47,637 bases of DNA from assembly GCA_040509765.1 (NCBI GenBank), contig JBEVKG010000284.1:1-47637 (forward strand), written 5' to 3'. This document shows, one piece after another, positions 1 through 11,451 of the stretch. The position numbers and the translations under genes were made by a program. Positions within the stretch are counted from its first letter, which is position 1; every line of letters begins with the position of its first letter. The notes below the pieces were generated by a model that saw nothing but the letters and a program-made list of their open reading frames with translations, searched no databases and had not been told where the DNA came from. Origin of the DNA: Xanthomonas sp. GTDB lineage: Bacteria; Pseudomonadota; Gammaproteobacteria; Xanthomonadales; Xanthomonadaceae.

Positions 1-972
1 GTAGCCGAAGGACACGTCCTTGGCCTCGATCACCTTGCGGCCCGACGCCTCGCCTTGCGCCACTTCCATGCGCACGTTGCCGGTGAGTTCGCGGCGTTGC
101 TCGCGCTCGTTGCGCATGGCCTTCAGGCGACGCACGCGGCCTTCGTCGCGGGTGCGACGCGCCTTGATGCCCTGGCGGATCCACACTTCTTCCTGCGCCA
201 GCAGCTTGTCGAAGCGGGCGTTCTCCTGCGCCTGCGCGTTGAGCCGCTCCTCGCGGCGGCGCTCGTAGTTGGCCCAGTCGCCCGGCCAGCTGCTGACCTG
301 GCCGCGGTCGATCTCGACGATGCGCGTAGCCAGGGCACGCAGGAAACGCCGGTCGTGGGTCACGAACACCACGCTGCCGTTCCAGCCCTTGAGGAAGCCT
401 TCCAGCCAGTCGATCGCCTCGATGTCGAGGTGGTTGGTCGGTTCGTCCAGCAACAGCAGGTCCGGCGCCGAGACCAGCGCGCGCGCCAGCAGCACGCGGC
501 GCTTCATGCCGCCGGACAGCCGCGCGAACTCGGCGTCGCCGTCCAGTTCCAGGCGGGTCAGGGTCTCGTTGACCCGCTGGTCCAGGGCCCAGCCATTGGC
601 GCCATCGATCTTGGACTGCACCGCGCCCAGCGCATCGCCGTCGAATTCGGCGGCATGGCTGAGCCGATGGAATTCGGCCAGCCAATGGCCGAGCTCGCCC
701 AGGCCGTCGGCGACCACGTCGAACACGCTGCCGGCGGCACCGTGCGGCACCTCCTGCTCCAGCCGGGCGATGCGCACGCCCTGCTGGACGCGGACCTCGC
801 CGTCGTCGGGCTTGAGCTCGCCGGCGATGAGTTTCATGAGCGTGGATTTGCCGGCGCCGTTGCGGCCGATCAGGGCGATCCGCTCGCCCGGCTCGATCGA
901 CAGGTCGGTCTTTTCCAGCAACAAGGGGCCGCCGACGCTGTAGTCGAGGTTCTGCAGAGTGATAAGAGGCAT
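1..972 (-). CDS. uup: ABC-F family ATPase Uup (5' part; runs off the left edge)
   Basis: Not in the ORF track (no stop in window). Manual translation from ATG 972: MPLITLQNLDYSVGGPLLLEKTDLSIEPGERIALIGRNGAGKST (Walker A), LSGGMKRR signature, LLLLDEPTNHLD Walker B, FVTHDR, then linker ...GEASGRKVIEAKDVSFGY into the second ABC domain. Confidence 0.92.
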   Translation of the reverse strand, partial: MPLITLQNLDYSVGGPLLLEKTDLSIEPGERIALIGRNGAGKSTLMKLIAGELKPDDGEVRVQQGVRIARLEQEVPHGAAGSVFDVVADGLGELGHWLAEFHRLSHAAEFDGDALGAVQSKIDGANGWALDQRVNETLTRLELDGDAEFARLSGGMKRRVLLARALVSAPDLLLLDEPTNHLDIEAIDWLEGFLKGWNGSVVFVTHDRRFLRALATRIVEIDRGQVSSWPGDWANYERRREERLNAQAQENARFDKLLAQEEVWIRQGIKARRTRDEGRVRRLKAMRNEREQRRELTGNVRMEVAQGEASGRKVIEAKDVSFGY

Positions 973-978
973 CGCGCT

Positions 979-984
979 ATTGTA
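979..984 (-). promoter_or_regulatory. Putative -10 element (TACAAT) 6 nt before uup ATG; likely leaderless transcript
   Basis: Minus strand reads TACAAT-agcgcg-ATG with no Shine-Dalgarno. Confidence 0.55.
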
Positions 985-1111
985 CGTGGATGCGCCCTGC
1001 GCCGAAGCCGACTGCCGCGCCCACCCCGCACATGGACCTTGCCCGTTTGTTCGCCATGCCCTCATGCCGTCGCCGCCTCGCTGCGGCCGCCTGCCCGCGC
1101 CCGACGCTGCA

Positions 1112-1801
1112 ATGACGGCACTCGTCATCCTGCCGGGCCTGGACGGCACCAGCGAACTGCTCGGCGAATTCGTCGCCGAAGCCCGGCGGCGCTTCGCGCA
1201 GGTGACAGTGGTGACCTATCCGCGCGACCGACTGGCCTCGTACGCGGAACTCGAGCACCTGGCACGGCAATCGCTGCCGCAGCAGCGCTTCGTCCTGCTC
1301 GGCGAATCGTTCTCCGGCCCCGTCGCCGTGTCGCTCGCGGCGCAACGCCCCGCTGGGCTGGCTGGCCTGGTCCTGTCCACCACCTTTGCCCGTAACCCGG
1401 TCCCGGCACTGGCGCCGTTCGCGGCGCTGACGCGCTTCGCACCGGCACATCGCCTACCCACCGCCGCGTTGCGCTGGTCGCTGCTCGGCCGCTGGTCCAC
1501 GTCGGCGCTGGAGACGCAACTGGCACGCACGCTGCGCGGCATCGCCCCTGCGGTGCTGCGCGACCGCGCGGCCAGCGCCCTGCGCGTGGACGTCAGCCCC
1601 CGTCTGGCCGCCATCGCCGCGCCGACGCTGTACCTGCGCGCCAGCCACGACCGGCTGATGCATCGCACGGCCGGCGCCACGATCCTCGCCGGCATTGCCG
1701 GCGCCCGCTGCATCGAGCTGCCCGGCCCGCACCTGCTGCTGCAGACCGCCCCTGGCGCGAGCGCGAGCGCCATTGCCGATTGGCTCACCAAGGTGGGCTA
1801 A
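1112..1801 (+). CDS. Alpha/beta fold hydrolase (229 aa)
   Basis: MTALVILPGLDGT start, nucleophile elbow GESFSG, acid in HDRL, C-terminal GPHLLLQ His; start moved from 959 to ATG 1112. Confidence 0.85.
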   Translation: MTALVILPGLDGTSELLGEFVAEARRRFAQVTVVTYPRDRLASYAELEHLARQSLPQQRFVLLGESFSGPVAVSLAAQRPAGLAGLVLSTTFARNPVPALAPFAALTRFAPAHRLPTAALRWSLLGRWSTSALETQLARTLRGIAPAVLRDRAASALRVDVSPRLAAIAAPTLYLRASHDRLMHRTAGATILAGIAGARCIELPGPHLLLQTAPGASASAIADWLTKVG

Positions 1802-1882
1802 GCGGGCACCTGCCTGCCGAAGCGTGCACTGCGGTTTCCTTCACTTGCAACCAGACCTTCCTCGCCCTCCAAGGACACGCCC

Positions 1883-1907
1883 GTCGCGGCTGAAGCCGCT
1901 CCCCTAC
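1883..1907. repeat. Single GTAG-type REP copy (inverted orientation)
   Basis: gtcgcggctgaagccgctcccctac matches the right arm of the REP pair at 39535-39600. Confidence 0.75.
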
Positions 1908-1953
1908 GACGCGCGACGGGCGTTGCGCCACACCCAGCGCGCGCCACGACGCC

Positions 1954-1988
1954 CAATCCCGAATCTCCACTCGCAAATCCCGACTCCC
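1954..1988 (-). repeat. Degenerate (GGGANTN)x5 heptamer array
   Basis: CAATCCC GAATCTC CACTCGC AAATCCC GACTCCC on +, just upstream of the dbpA promoter. Confidence 0.65.
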
Positions 1989-2013
1989 CGCCGTCAAGCG
2001 GCTAAAATGCCGC

Positions 2014-3390
2014 ATGAACGATTTCGCCACCCTGTCCCTCTCCCCGGCGCTCGCGCCCGGCATCGATGCGCTGGGCTACACCAGCATGACCCCGGTGCAG
2101 GCGCAAAGCCTGCCGCCGATCCTGGCCGGGCGCGATGCGATCGTGCAGGCGCCCACCGGCAGCGGCAAGACCGCGGCGTTCGGCCTGGGCCTGCTGCACA
2201 AGCTGGATCCGGCACTGAGCCGCGCGCAGGCACTGGTGCTGTGCCCGACCCGCGAGTTGGCCGACCAGGTCGGCAAGCAGTTGCGCAAGCTGGCCACCGG
2301 CATTCCCAACATGAAACTGGTGGTGCTGACCGGCGGCATGCCGCTGGGTCCGCAGCTGGCCTCGCTGGAGGCGCACGACCCGCAGGTGGTGGTCGGCACG
2401 CCCGGCCGCATCCAGGAGCTGGCGCGCAAGCGGGCGCTGCATCTGGGCGGAGTGCGCACACTGGTGCTGGACGAGGCCGATCGCATGCTCGACATGGGCT
2501 TCGAGGAGCCGATCCGCGAGATCGCCAGCCGTTGCGACAAGCACCGGCAGAGCCTGCTGTTCTCGGCCACCTTCCCCGAGGCGATCCGTACGCTGGCGCG
2601 CGACCTGCTGCAGGAACCGGCGGAGATCACCGTCGAAGGCGCCGACAGCGCGCCGGAGATCGACCAGCAGTTCTTCGAGGTCGACCCCACCTACCGGCAG
2701 AAGGCGGTGGCCGGCCTGCTGCTGCGCTTCACCCCCGAATCCAGCGTGGTGTTCTGCAATACCCGCAAGGAGGTCGACGAGGTCGCCGGGTCGCTGCAGC
2801 AGTTCGGCTTCTCCGCGCTGGCGCTGCATGGCGACATGGAGCAGCGCGACCGCGACGAGGTGCTGGTGCGCTTCGTCAACCGCAGCTGCAACGTGCTGGT
2901 GGCCAGCGACGTGGCCGCACGCGGGCTGGACGTGGAAGACCTGTCGGCAGTGGTCAGTTACGAGCTGCCCACCGATACCGAAACCTACCGCCACCGCATC
3001 GGCCGCACCGCGCGCGCCGGCAAGCACGGCCTGGCGCTGAGCCTGGTGGCGCCGCGCGAGACCGCGCGCGCGCAGGCGCTGGAAACCGAGCAGGGCCAGC
3101 CGCTGCGCTGGTCGCGCGCGCCGCTGGCCACCGCGCGGCCGGCGCAGTTGCCGCAGGCGGCGATGGTCACCCTGCGCATCGACGGCGGCAAGACCGACAA
3201 GCTGCGTGCCGGCGACATCCTCGGCGCGCTGACCGGCGAGGCCGGGCTGTCCGGCGCGGCGATCGGCAAGATCGCGATCTACGCCACCCGCTCCTACGTC
3301 GCCATCGCCCGCGCCCACGCCGGCAAGGCGCTGGCGCAGTTGCAGGCCGGCAAGATCAAGGGCCGCCGGTTCCGGGTCGCCAAGCTGTGA
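2014..3390 (+). CDS. dbpA: ATP-dependent DEAD-box RNA helicase DbpA
   Basis: Q motif, APTGSGKT, PTRELA, DEAD, SAT, HRIGRTAR; C-terminal RNA-binding domain KLRAGDILGALTG...GKIKGRRF; TAAAAT 5 nt before ATG. Confidence 0.95.
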   Translation: MNDFATLSLSPALAPGIDALGYTSMTPVQAQSLPPILAGRDAIVQAPTGSGKTAAFGLGLLHKLDPALSRAQALVLCPTRELADQVGKQLRKLATGIPNMKLVVLTGGMPLGPQLASLEAHDPQVVVGTPGRIQELARKRALHLGGVRTLVLDEADRMLDMGFEEPIREIASRCDKHRQSLLFSATFPEAIRTLARDLLQEPAEITVEGADSAPEIDQQFFEVDPTYRQKAVAGLLLRFTPESSVVFCNTRKEVDEVAGSLQQFGFSALALHGDMEQRDRDEVLVRFVNRSCNVLVASDVAARGLDVEDLSAVVSYELPTDTETYRHRIGRTARAGKHGLALSLVAPRETARAQALETEQGQPLRWSRAPLATARPAQLPQAAMVTLRIDGGKTDKLRAGDILGALTGEAGLSGAAIGKIAIYATRSYVAIARAHAGKALAQLQAGKIKGRRFRVAKL

Positions 3391-3914
3391 GCGCGCCAAC
3401 GACGATGCAGACCGTGCTCGCGTCGCTGGAGCAGGACGAGGACGGCGCCGCATGGAGCGCGGCGGTGCCGGTGCCGTGGATGCAGGACCCGTGCGGCTTC
3501 GTGTTCGAGGACTATGCGGTCGATCCGGCACCGGCCGACTTCGCCGCCGCGGTCGCCGCGTTCCTGCGCATCGACCAGGCCGTGCTCGATGCGGCGGCTC
3601 CGCATGTGTTCACCTATTACCAGCGCATGCAGGCGCTGCACCAGCGGTACGGCACGCCCTGCCCGCGCATCGACGACCCGGCGCAGGTATGGCGGCACGT
3701 GCAGTTCGGCGGCGAGGCCTACCTCAGCCGCTACCGCGACGGCCGCCTGCGCATCAGCCTGGAATGCAACTGCGACTGGGAGCAGGAACACGGACTGCAG
3801 TTGGTGTTCGCCGACGACGGGCGGATCTGCAAGGTCGGCCCGTTCGATGGCCATCTGAGCCATGCCGCCGCGCATGCCGATCCGGCGCTGGAGGACGTGA
3901 TCTACCCGCATTGA
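3387..3914 (+). CDS. Hypothetical protein, DUF6985-like (CxCxWExEHG motif)
   Basis: C-terminal ~175 aa of the 1695..3914 ORF reads as real protein (LECNCDWEQEHGLQLVF...KVGPFDGH); GTG 3387 overlaps the dbpA stop (GTGA); alternative ATG 3405. Family name from memory. Confidence 0.7.
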   Translation: MSAPTTMQTVLASLEQDEDGAAWSAAVPVPWMQDPCGFVFEDYAVDPAPADFAAAVAAFLRIDQAVLDAAAPHVFTYYQRMQALHQRYGTPCPRIDDPAQVWRHVQFGGEAYLSRYRDGRLRISLECNCDWEQEHGLQLVFADDGRICKVGPFDGHLSHAAAHADPALEDVIYPH

Positions 3915-3972
3915 GCCGACTGCCGGCGCAGGCGCGAGCGATCCCGGCTCCGCCTGCGCGTCGCGTCCGGCC

Positions 3973-4512
3973 TCAGTAACGCAGCGGCGCGGTGAGCGGA
4001 ATGTCCGCAGGCCAGCGCGAGCGCGCGCCGAGCCCGGCCAGTTCCACCAGCACCGTCGCCGCGACCACCTCGGCGCCCATCCGCTGCGCCAGGGCCAGCG
4101 CCGCCAGCAGGGTCCCGCCGGTGGCCAGCACGTCGTCGACCAGCAGCACGCGCATGCCCGGCCGCAGCGCATCGGCATGGATCTCGATGCGGTCGCGGCC
4201 GTATTCCAGCCCGTAATCCTGGGCCAGGGTCTGCGCCGGCAGCTTGCCGGGCTTGCGCACCGGCACGAAGCCGGTGCGCCGTTCGTGCGCCAGCGGCGCG
4301 CCGAGGATGAAGCCGCGCGCCTCGATGCCCAGCACCGCGTCCAGCGGTGTGCCGCGCCAGGGCTGGGCCAGCGCATCCAGCGCGGAGGCGAAATCCGGCC
4401 CGTCGGCCAGCAGCGGGGTGATGTCCTTGAACAGGATGCCGGGCTTGGGGAAGTCCGGCACATCGCGGATCAGGGTGGCCCAGGTCGGGGATTCGGCAAC
4501 GGCGTCGGTCAT
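3973..4512 (-). CDS. apt: Adenine phosphoribosyltransferase
   Basis: [40 protein letters not shown] loop [13 protein letters not shown]; ATG 4512 (GTG 4518 alternative). Confidence 0.96.
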   Translation of the reverse strand: MTDAVAESPTWATLIRDVPDFPKPGILFKDITPLLADGPDFASALDALAQPWRGTPLDAVLGIEARGFILGAPLAHERRTGFVPVRKPGKLPAQTLAQDYGLEYGRDRIEIHADALRPGMRVLLVDDVLATGGTLLAALALAQRMGAEVVAATVLVELAGLGARSRWPADIPLTAPLRY

Positions 4513-4560
4513 GGTCACGCGTCCCGGCGCGCCGGGACGATCGATTGGGGGCGCGACATC

Positions 4561-7500
4561 CTACCCGCTGTGCGCCGCCGTTGCCGCATCCGCCGGCGCG
4601 CGCCGCAGCGCACGCCGCACCAGCACGAAGAACAGCGGCACCAGCAGCACCGCCAGCGCGGTGCCGGTGACCATGCCGCCGATCACGCACACGCCGATCT
4701 CGCGGCGGCTGGAAGCGCCGGCGCCGGTGGACAGCGCCAGCGGCAGCACGCCGGCCACGAACGCCAGCGAGGTCATCACGATCGGCCGCAAGCGCAGCCG
4801 CGCGCCTTCCAGCGTCGCCTCCAGCAACGGCATGCCCGCCCGCTGCCGGGCTTCGGCGAACTCGACGATCAGGATCGCGTTCTTCGCCGACAGGCCGATC
4901 GTGGTCAGCAGGCCGACCTGGAAATAGATGTCGTTGACGAATCCGGCCAGGGTGGTGGCGAGCACCGTGCCGACCACGCCCAGCGGAATCACCAGCAGCA
5001 CCGCCACCGGGATCGACCAGCTCTCGTACAACGCCGCCAGGCACAGGAAAATGAACAGGATCGAGGCGGTGTACAGCCACAGCGTCTGGTTGCTGGACAA
5101 CTGTTCCTGGTAGGACAGCCCGCTCCACTGCAGATCGAACCCCTCCTGCTTGGCCACCAGCGCCTGCATCCGCTGCATCGCCTCGCCGGAACTGCTGCCG
5201 GCCGCGGCGCCGCCCTGGATCTGCGCCGCCGGCAGCCCGTTGAAGCGCTGCTGCAGCTGCGGGCCGCGGGTCCAGTGGGTGCTGGCGAAACTGGCGAACG
5301 GCGCCATCTGCCCGCCGCTGCCGCGCACGTACCACTGCGCGATGTCCTCCGGCAGCGCGCGGTACGGCGCATCGCCCTGCACGTACACGCGCTTGACCCG
5401 GCCGCGGTCGATGAAGTCGTTGACGTAGCTGCCGCCCCAGGCCGTGGCCAGGGTCGCGTTGATGTCGGTCTGCGCCAGGCCCAGCGCACTGGCCTGCGCG
5501 TGGTCGATGTCCACCTGCAACTGCGCCTTGTCGCCCAGGCCGTTGAGCCGCACCGCGGTCAGCTGCGGATCGTCGCCAGCCTGCTTGAGCACCTGCTGCT
5601 GCGCCTTCAGCAACGCTGCGCGGCCGGCGCCGTCGCTGTCGCGGATCCACAGCTCGAAGCCGCTGGACTGGCCCAGGCCGCGCACCGCCGGCGGCGACAG
5701 CACGCTGATCTTGGCGTCGCCGATGTCGCGGAAATGCGCGTTGGCGCGGTCGATGATGGCCTGCGCGGTGTTGTCGCGGTTGCGCTCGCCCCACGGCTTG
5801 AGCGCCACGAACGCCTGGCCGGCGTTCTGCCCGGTGCCGGCGTTGTTGCGGCCCACCACCATGAAGATCGCGGTGAGATTGGCCTTCTCGTGGGTCATGA
5901 AGTAGTCGCTGATGCGCTTGCCCAGGGCCTGGGTCCTGGCCAGCGGCGTGCCTTCCGGGGTGGTGAACTGGATCTGCACCTGGCCCTGGTCCTCCACCGG
6001 CAGGAAGCCGGTGGGCATGCGCATGTACAGCACGACCATCGCCAGCACCACCAGCGCATACAGCGCCAGCCAGCGCCGCGGCCGCTGCAGCACGCTGCCG
6101 AGACGGCGCTGGTAGGCCTGCTGGACGCGCTCGACGCTGCGGTTGAACCACTGGAAGAAACGGCCGAGCGTGCGCTCCTGCTCCACCGGCTTGAGCAGGG
6201 TCGCGCACAGCGCCGGGGTCAGGGTCAGCGCGACCAGCGCCGACAGCGCCATCGCCGAGGCGATGGTGATGGAGAACTGCCGGTAGATGATGCCGGTGGA
6301 GCCGCCGAAGAACGCCATCGGCAGGAACACCGCGCCCAGCACCACGGTGATGCCGATCAGCGCGCCGGTGATCTCGCCCATCGAGCGCTCGGTGGCCTCG
6401 CGCGGCGGCAAGTGCTCCTCGTGCATGATCCGCTCGACGTTCTCCACCACCACGATGGCGTCGTCGACCAGCAGGCCGATCGCCAGCACCATCGCGAACA
6501 GGGTCAGCGTGTTGATGGTGAAGCCGGCCGCGGCGAGGATGCCGAAGGTTCCCAGCAGCACCACCGGCACGGTGATCGCCGGGATCAGCGTGGCGCGCCA
6601 GTTCTGCAGGAACAGGAACATCACCACCACCACCAGCACGATCGCCTCGGCCAGGGTGTGCACCACGTTCTCGATCGAGATCCGCACGAACGGCGTGCTG
6701 TCGCGCGGATAGGCCACGTCCAGGCCCGGCGGGAAGGTCGGCTTGAGCCGTTCGATGGTGGCGTGGATCGCATCGGAGGTGGCGATCGCGTTGGCGCCGG
6801 CGGACAGCGTCACCGAGAAGCCGGATGCCGGGTGGCCGTTGAGCGTGGCGTTGTTCTGGTAGTTCTCCGCGCCGATCTCCACCCGCGCCACATCGCCCAG
6901 GCGCACGCTGGAACCATCCTCGCGCGTGGCCAGGATGATCTGCCGGAACTGCTCGGGGGTCTGCAGCCGCGACTGCGCGGTGACCGTGGCGTTGAGTTCC
7001 TGCTCGGCGCCGGTGGGCAGCGCGCCGAGCTCGCCGGCGGTGACCTGGGTGTTCTGCGCCAGGATCGCGCTGCGCACGTCGCCAGGCATGAGTTGGTAGG
7101 CGTTGAGCTTGTGCGGGTCCAGCCACACCCGCATCGCGTACTGCGCGCCGAACACGTTGATCTCGCCGACGCCGTTGATGCGGCTGATCGGGTCCTGCAG
7201 GGTGCTGACCAGGTAGTCGGAGATGTCGACGTTGTCCATGCGGTCGGTGCGGTCGTAGATCGCCACCGCCATCAGGCTGTCGCCCTGCGACTTGGCCACG
7301 GTCACGCCCTGCTGCTGCACTTCCTGCGGCAGGCGGTTGAGCGCCTGGTTGACCGCGTTCTGCACCTGCACCTGGGCGATGTCGGGATTGGCCGCCTGGT
7401 CGAAGGTGATGCTGATCCGCGCCTGCCCGGACGAGGAACTGGTCGAGGAGAAGTACAGCAGGTGGTCGATGCCCTTGATCTGCTGCTCGATCACCTGGGT

Positions 7501-7686
7501 GACGCTGTCCTCCACGGTCTGCGCCGAGGCACCGTTGTAGGTGGCGGTGACATTCACCGACGGCGGGGCGATGTCCGGGTACTGCTCGATCGGCAGGGTG
7601 AACACGGCGATGGCGCCGGCGGCCATGATGCAGATGGCCAGGACCCAGGCGAAGATCGGGCGATGGATGAAGAAACGCGGCAGCAT
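4561..7686 (-). CDS. RND (HAE1, AcrB/MexB-like) efflux permease
   Basis: 1041 aa; MLPRFFIHRPIFAWV, GLLVDDAIVVVENVER, GLSAKNAILIVEFA, RLRPIVMTSLAF; proton-relay residues intact. Confidence 0.96.
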   Translation of the reverse strand: MLPRFFIHRPIFAWVLAICIMAAGAIAVFTLPIEQYPDIAPPSVNVTATYNGASAQTVEDSVTQVIEQQIKGIDHLLYFSSTSSSSGQARISITFDQAANPDIAQVQVQNAVNQALNRLPQEVQQQGVTVAKSQGDSLMAVAIYDRTDRMDNVDISDYLVSTLQDPISRINGVGEINVFGAQYAMRVWLDPHKLNAYQLMPGDVRSAILAQNTQVTAGELGALPTGAEQELNATVTAQSRLQTPEQFRQIILATREDGSSVRLGDVARVEIGAENYQNNATLNGHPASGFSVTLSAGANAIATSDAIHATIERLKPTFPPGLDVAYPRDSTPFVRISIENVVHTLAEAIVLVVVVMFLFLQNWRATLIPAITVPVVLLGTFGILAAAGFTINTLTLFAMVLAIGLLVDDAIVVVENVERIMHEEHLPPREATERSMGEITGALIGITVVLGAVFLPMAFFGGSTGIIYRQFSITIASAMALSALVALTLTPALCATLLKPVEQERTLGRFFQWFNRSVERVQQAYQRRLGSVLQRPRRWLALYALVVLAMVVLYMRMPTGFLPVEDQGQVQIQFTTPEGTPLARTQALGKRISDYFMTHEKANLTAIFMVVGRNNAGTGQNAGQAFVALKPWGERNRDNTAQAIIDRANAHFRDIGDAKISVLSPPAVRGLGQSSGFELWIRDSDGAGRAALLKAQQQVLKQAGDDPQLTAVRLNGLGDKAQLQVDIDHAQASALGLAQTDINATLATAWGGSYVNDFIDRGRVKRVYVQGDAPYRALPEDIAQWYVRGSGGQMAPFASFASTHWTRGPQLQQRFNGLPAAQIQGGAAAGSSSGEAMQRMQALVAKQEGFDLQWSGLSYQEQLSSNQTLWLYTASILFIFLCLAALYESWSIPVAVLLVIPLGVVGTVLATTLAGFVNDIYFQVGLLTTIGLSAKNAILIVEFAEARQRAGMPLLEATLEGARLRLRPIVMTSLAFVAGVLPLALSTGAGASSRREIGVCVIGGMVTGTALAVLLVPLFFVLVRRALRRAPADAATAAHSG

Positions 7687-7692
7687 GCCGGC

Positions 7693-8847
7693 TCAGCCCT
7701 GGCTGGCCGCAGGCGCGGCGGCGGCCTTCACCGTCACCTTGGCGCCGTCGCTGAGACCTTGCCGTCCCGCCACCACCACCCGCTCACCGGGCTTCAGGCC
7801 ATCGCCGACCAGCCAGCGGTCGCCGACCGCGCGCAGCGTGGTGAACGCGCGCTGGCGCACCACGTTGTCGTTGCCCACCACCCAGGCCACCGCCTCGCCG
7901 CGCGGGGTGCGGTCCACCGCCGACTGCGGCACCAGCAGGGCCTGCTGACGCACGCCCTGCCCGACCAGCGCGCGCACGTACATGCCCGGCAGCAGTTGCG
8001 CATCGGGATTGGGGAAGCGCGCGCGCAGGGTCACCGCGCCGGTGGTCTCCTCCACGTCGAGGTCGGCGAATTCCAGCGTGCCCGGCAGCGGATACTCGGT
8101 GCCGTCGGACAGGGTCAGCCGCACCTGCGTGCTGGCCGGCTGCACCCCGCCGGCGGCGATCGCCCGGCGCAGCGCCAGGAACTGATTGCCGGACTGGGTG
8201 ATGTCCACGTTCATCGGATCCAACTGCTGGATCTTGGCGATCGCGTCGGTCTGGTTGGCGGTGACCAGCGCCCCCGGCGTCACCCGCGCGCGGCCGATAC
8301 GCCCGCCGATCGGCGCCAGCACCGTGGCGAAGCGCAACTGCGTGCGCGCGGTGTCCAGCGCCGCGCGTTGCGCGTCGCGGCTGGCCAGCGCCTGCTTGTA
8401 GGCAGCCTGCGTATCGTCCACGTCCTGCTGCGCGGCCAGTTGGGTCTTGCCCAGGGTGCGGTAGCGCTCGGCGCGCAGCGTGGCCGCGGCGAGCGTGGCC
8501 TCAGCGGTGGCCAGATTGGCCTGCGCCTGGTTGGCCGCGGCCTGGTACAGGGTCGGCTCGATCTGGAACAGCGGCTGCCCGGCCCGCACCGTGGCGCCCT
8601 CCTCGAACAGCCGCTGGCGCAGGATGCCGCTGACCTGCGGCCGCACCTCCGATTCTTCCGAGGCCACGGTGCGCCCGGCCAGCTCCACGCTCAATGGCAC
8701 GCTCTGCGGCTGCAGGGTCACCACCTCCACCGTCTTCGGCGCCGGTGCCGGAGCGCTGCCCCCACCCTTGCAGCCGGCGAACGCGAGCACGACGACGGAC
8801 AGCAGCAACGGCAGCGCGCAGCGGCGCTGGACGAGAGGCGCGGGCAT
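7693..8847 (-). CDS. RND periplasmic adaptor (AcrA/MexA-like) lipoprotein
   Basis: Lipobox LAFAGC, EVRPQVSGI, APIGGRIG, TGAVTLRARFPNPD, LLPGMYVR; start ATG 8847 or 8880. Confidence 0.93.
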   Translation of the reverse strand: MPAPLVQRRCALPLLLSVVVLAFAGCKGGGSAPAPAPKTVEVVTLQPQSVPLSVELAGRTVASEESEVRPQVSGILRQRLFEEGATVRAGQPLFQIEPTLYQAAANQAQANLATAEATLAAATLRAERYRTLGKTQLAAQQDVDDTQAAYKQALASRDAQRAALDTARTQLRFATVLAPIGGRIGRARVTPGALVTANQTDAIAKIQQLDPMNVDITQSGNQFLALRRAIAAGGVQPASTQVRLTLSDGTEYPLPGTLEFADLDVEETTGAVTLRARFPNPDAQLLPGMYVRALVGQGVRQQALLVPQSAVDRTPRGEAVAWVVGNDNVVRQRAFTTLRAVGDRWLVGDGLKPGERVVVAGRQGLSDGAKVTVKAAAAPAASQG

Positions 8848-8909
8848 GCGCTTGATCCTGGGGACGACGAGGGGGATCATTTAATTTACTCAAAGACAAG
8901 AAAACAATC

Positions 8910-9602
8910 ATGAAGGGAAGCCCACCCCTTCGCCGTCAGGGTGCGCGGGCAACGGCCACCACGCCCGGGACGACACCGTCGCTCGCCCCCGCACGCCCGC
9001 GCGGACGCCCGGCGCTGGCGCGACCGCGCCTGCTGGCGGCGGCGCGCACGCTGCTGCTGGAACATGGGCTGGACGTGTCGCTGGAACAGATCGCCAGCCA
9101 GGCCGGGCTGACCCGGCAGAGCCTGTACAACCATTTCTCCAGCAAGGCCGACCTGCTGATGCAGGTCTTCGAGGCCCTGAGCGAGGACCTGCAGACGCGC
9201 CTGGAGAACATCGGCAGCGCCACCGCGCAGGACCTGCCCGCGACCCTGCGGCAGATCGCCGTGACCGTGCCGGCGCACCTGTACGCGCCCGACGCCTTGC
9301 GCCTGCATCGCCTGCTGGTGCAGGCCAGCGCGCAGATGCCGGAGCTGCGGCAGTCGCTGCACCAGCGCCGCGCCGGCCGCCTGCGCGAGCGCCTGAGCGC
9401 CTTGCTGCAGACCCTGCACATGCGCGGCGACGTACAGCCCGTCCTCGCCGCCACCGCGTTCATCGGCGCCACCTTCGGCTATGCGTATCCCGGCGCGATG
9501 CTCAACGGACAGGCGCCGGACGCGGCCGCCCAGCAGGCACTGGCGGAGGAAGTGGTGGCGACCTTCCTGCTCGCCTGGCGCTACCGCGCGACCGCGTCCT
9601 GA
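8910..9602 (+). CDS. TetR/AcrR family transcriptional regulator
   Basis: RPRGRP then HTH SLEQIASQAGLTRQSLYNHFSSKADL; divergent from the RND operon across an AT-rich spacer; exact start uncertain. Confidence 0.9.
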   Translation: MKGSPPLRRQGARATATTPGTTPSLAPARPRGRPALARPRLLAAARTLLLEHGLDVSLEQIASQAGLTRQSLYNHFSSKADLLMQVFEALSEDLQTRLENIGSATAQDLPATLRQIAVTVPAHLYAPDALRLHRLLVQASAQMPELRQSLHQRRAGRLRERLSALLQTLHMRGDVQPVLAATAFIGATFGYAYPGAMLNGQAPDAAAQQALAEEVVATFLLAWRYRATAS

Positions 9603-9621
9603 GCGCACGCGCCGGCCCCGC

Positions 9622-11193
<1,572 letters not shown>

Positions 11194-11280
11194 GGGAAAC
11201 AGCGTAGAAGTCGTAGCCCGCATTGGAAAGCCCGCAGGGTGAGCATACGGTGCACGGGCACTGTCACTGCAGGCAGACCA

Positions 11281-11318
11281 AGCCCCTCTCCCCCCGGGAG
11301 AGGGGTTGGGGTAAGGGT
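11281..11318. repeat. BoxC-like palindromic element, single copy
   Basis: cccctctccc-cc-gggagagggg hairpin plus ttggggtaagggt tail; inverted copy of the head of the 21578-21982 units. Confidence 0.75.
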
Positions 11319-11451
11319 CCGACCGCCGTCGCAGGGTCACAGCGCACATCCAACAAGCCCACGCCTTTGCCAATCCCCACTCCCCGCCCCACCTCCACTC
11401 GCCGCCGACACCCCCATCGGGCATGCTCCGCGCTCCTCTCCGGGATCGCCC

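Noticed and set aside
55-1395. 446-aa plus-strand ORF
   Set aside because: Antisense shadow of uup, which the track missed because it lacks a stop in the window
4177-8913. 1578-aa plus-strand ORF (and 3902..7126 minus-strand alternative frame)
   Set aside because: Antisense or alternative-frame shadow of the RND and MFP genes; stop-free shadow frames are expected at this GC content and show no motifs
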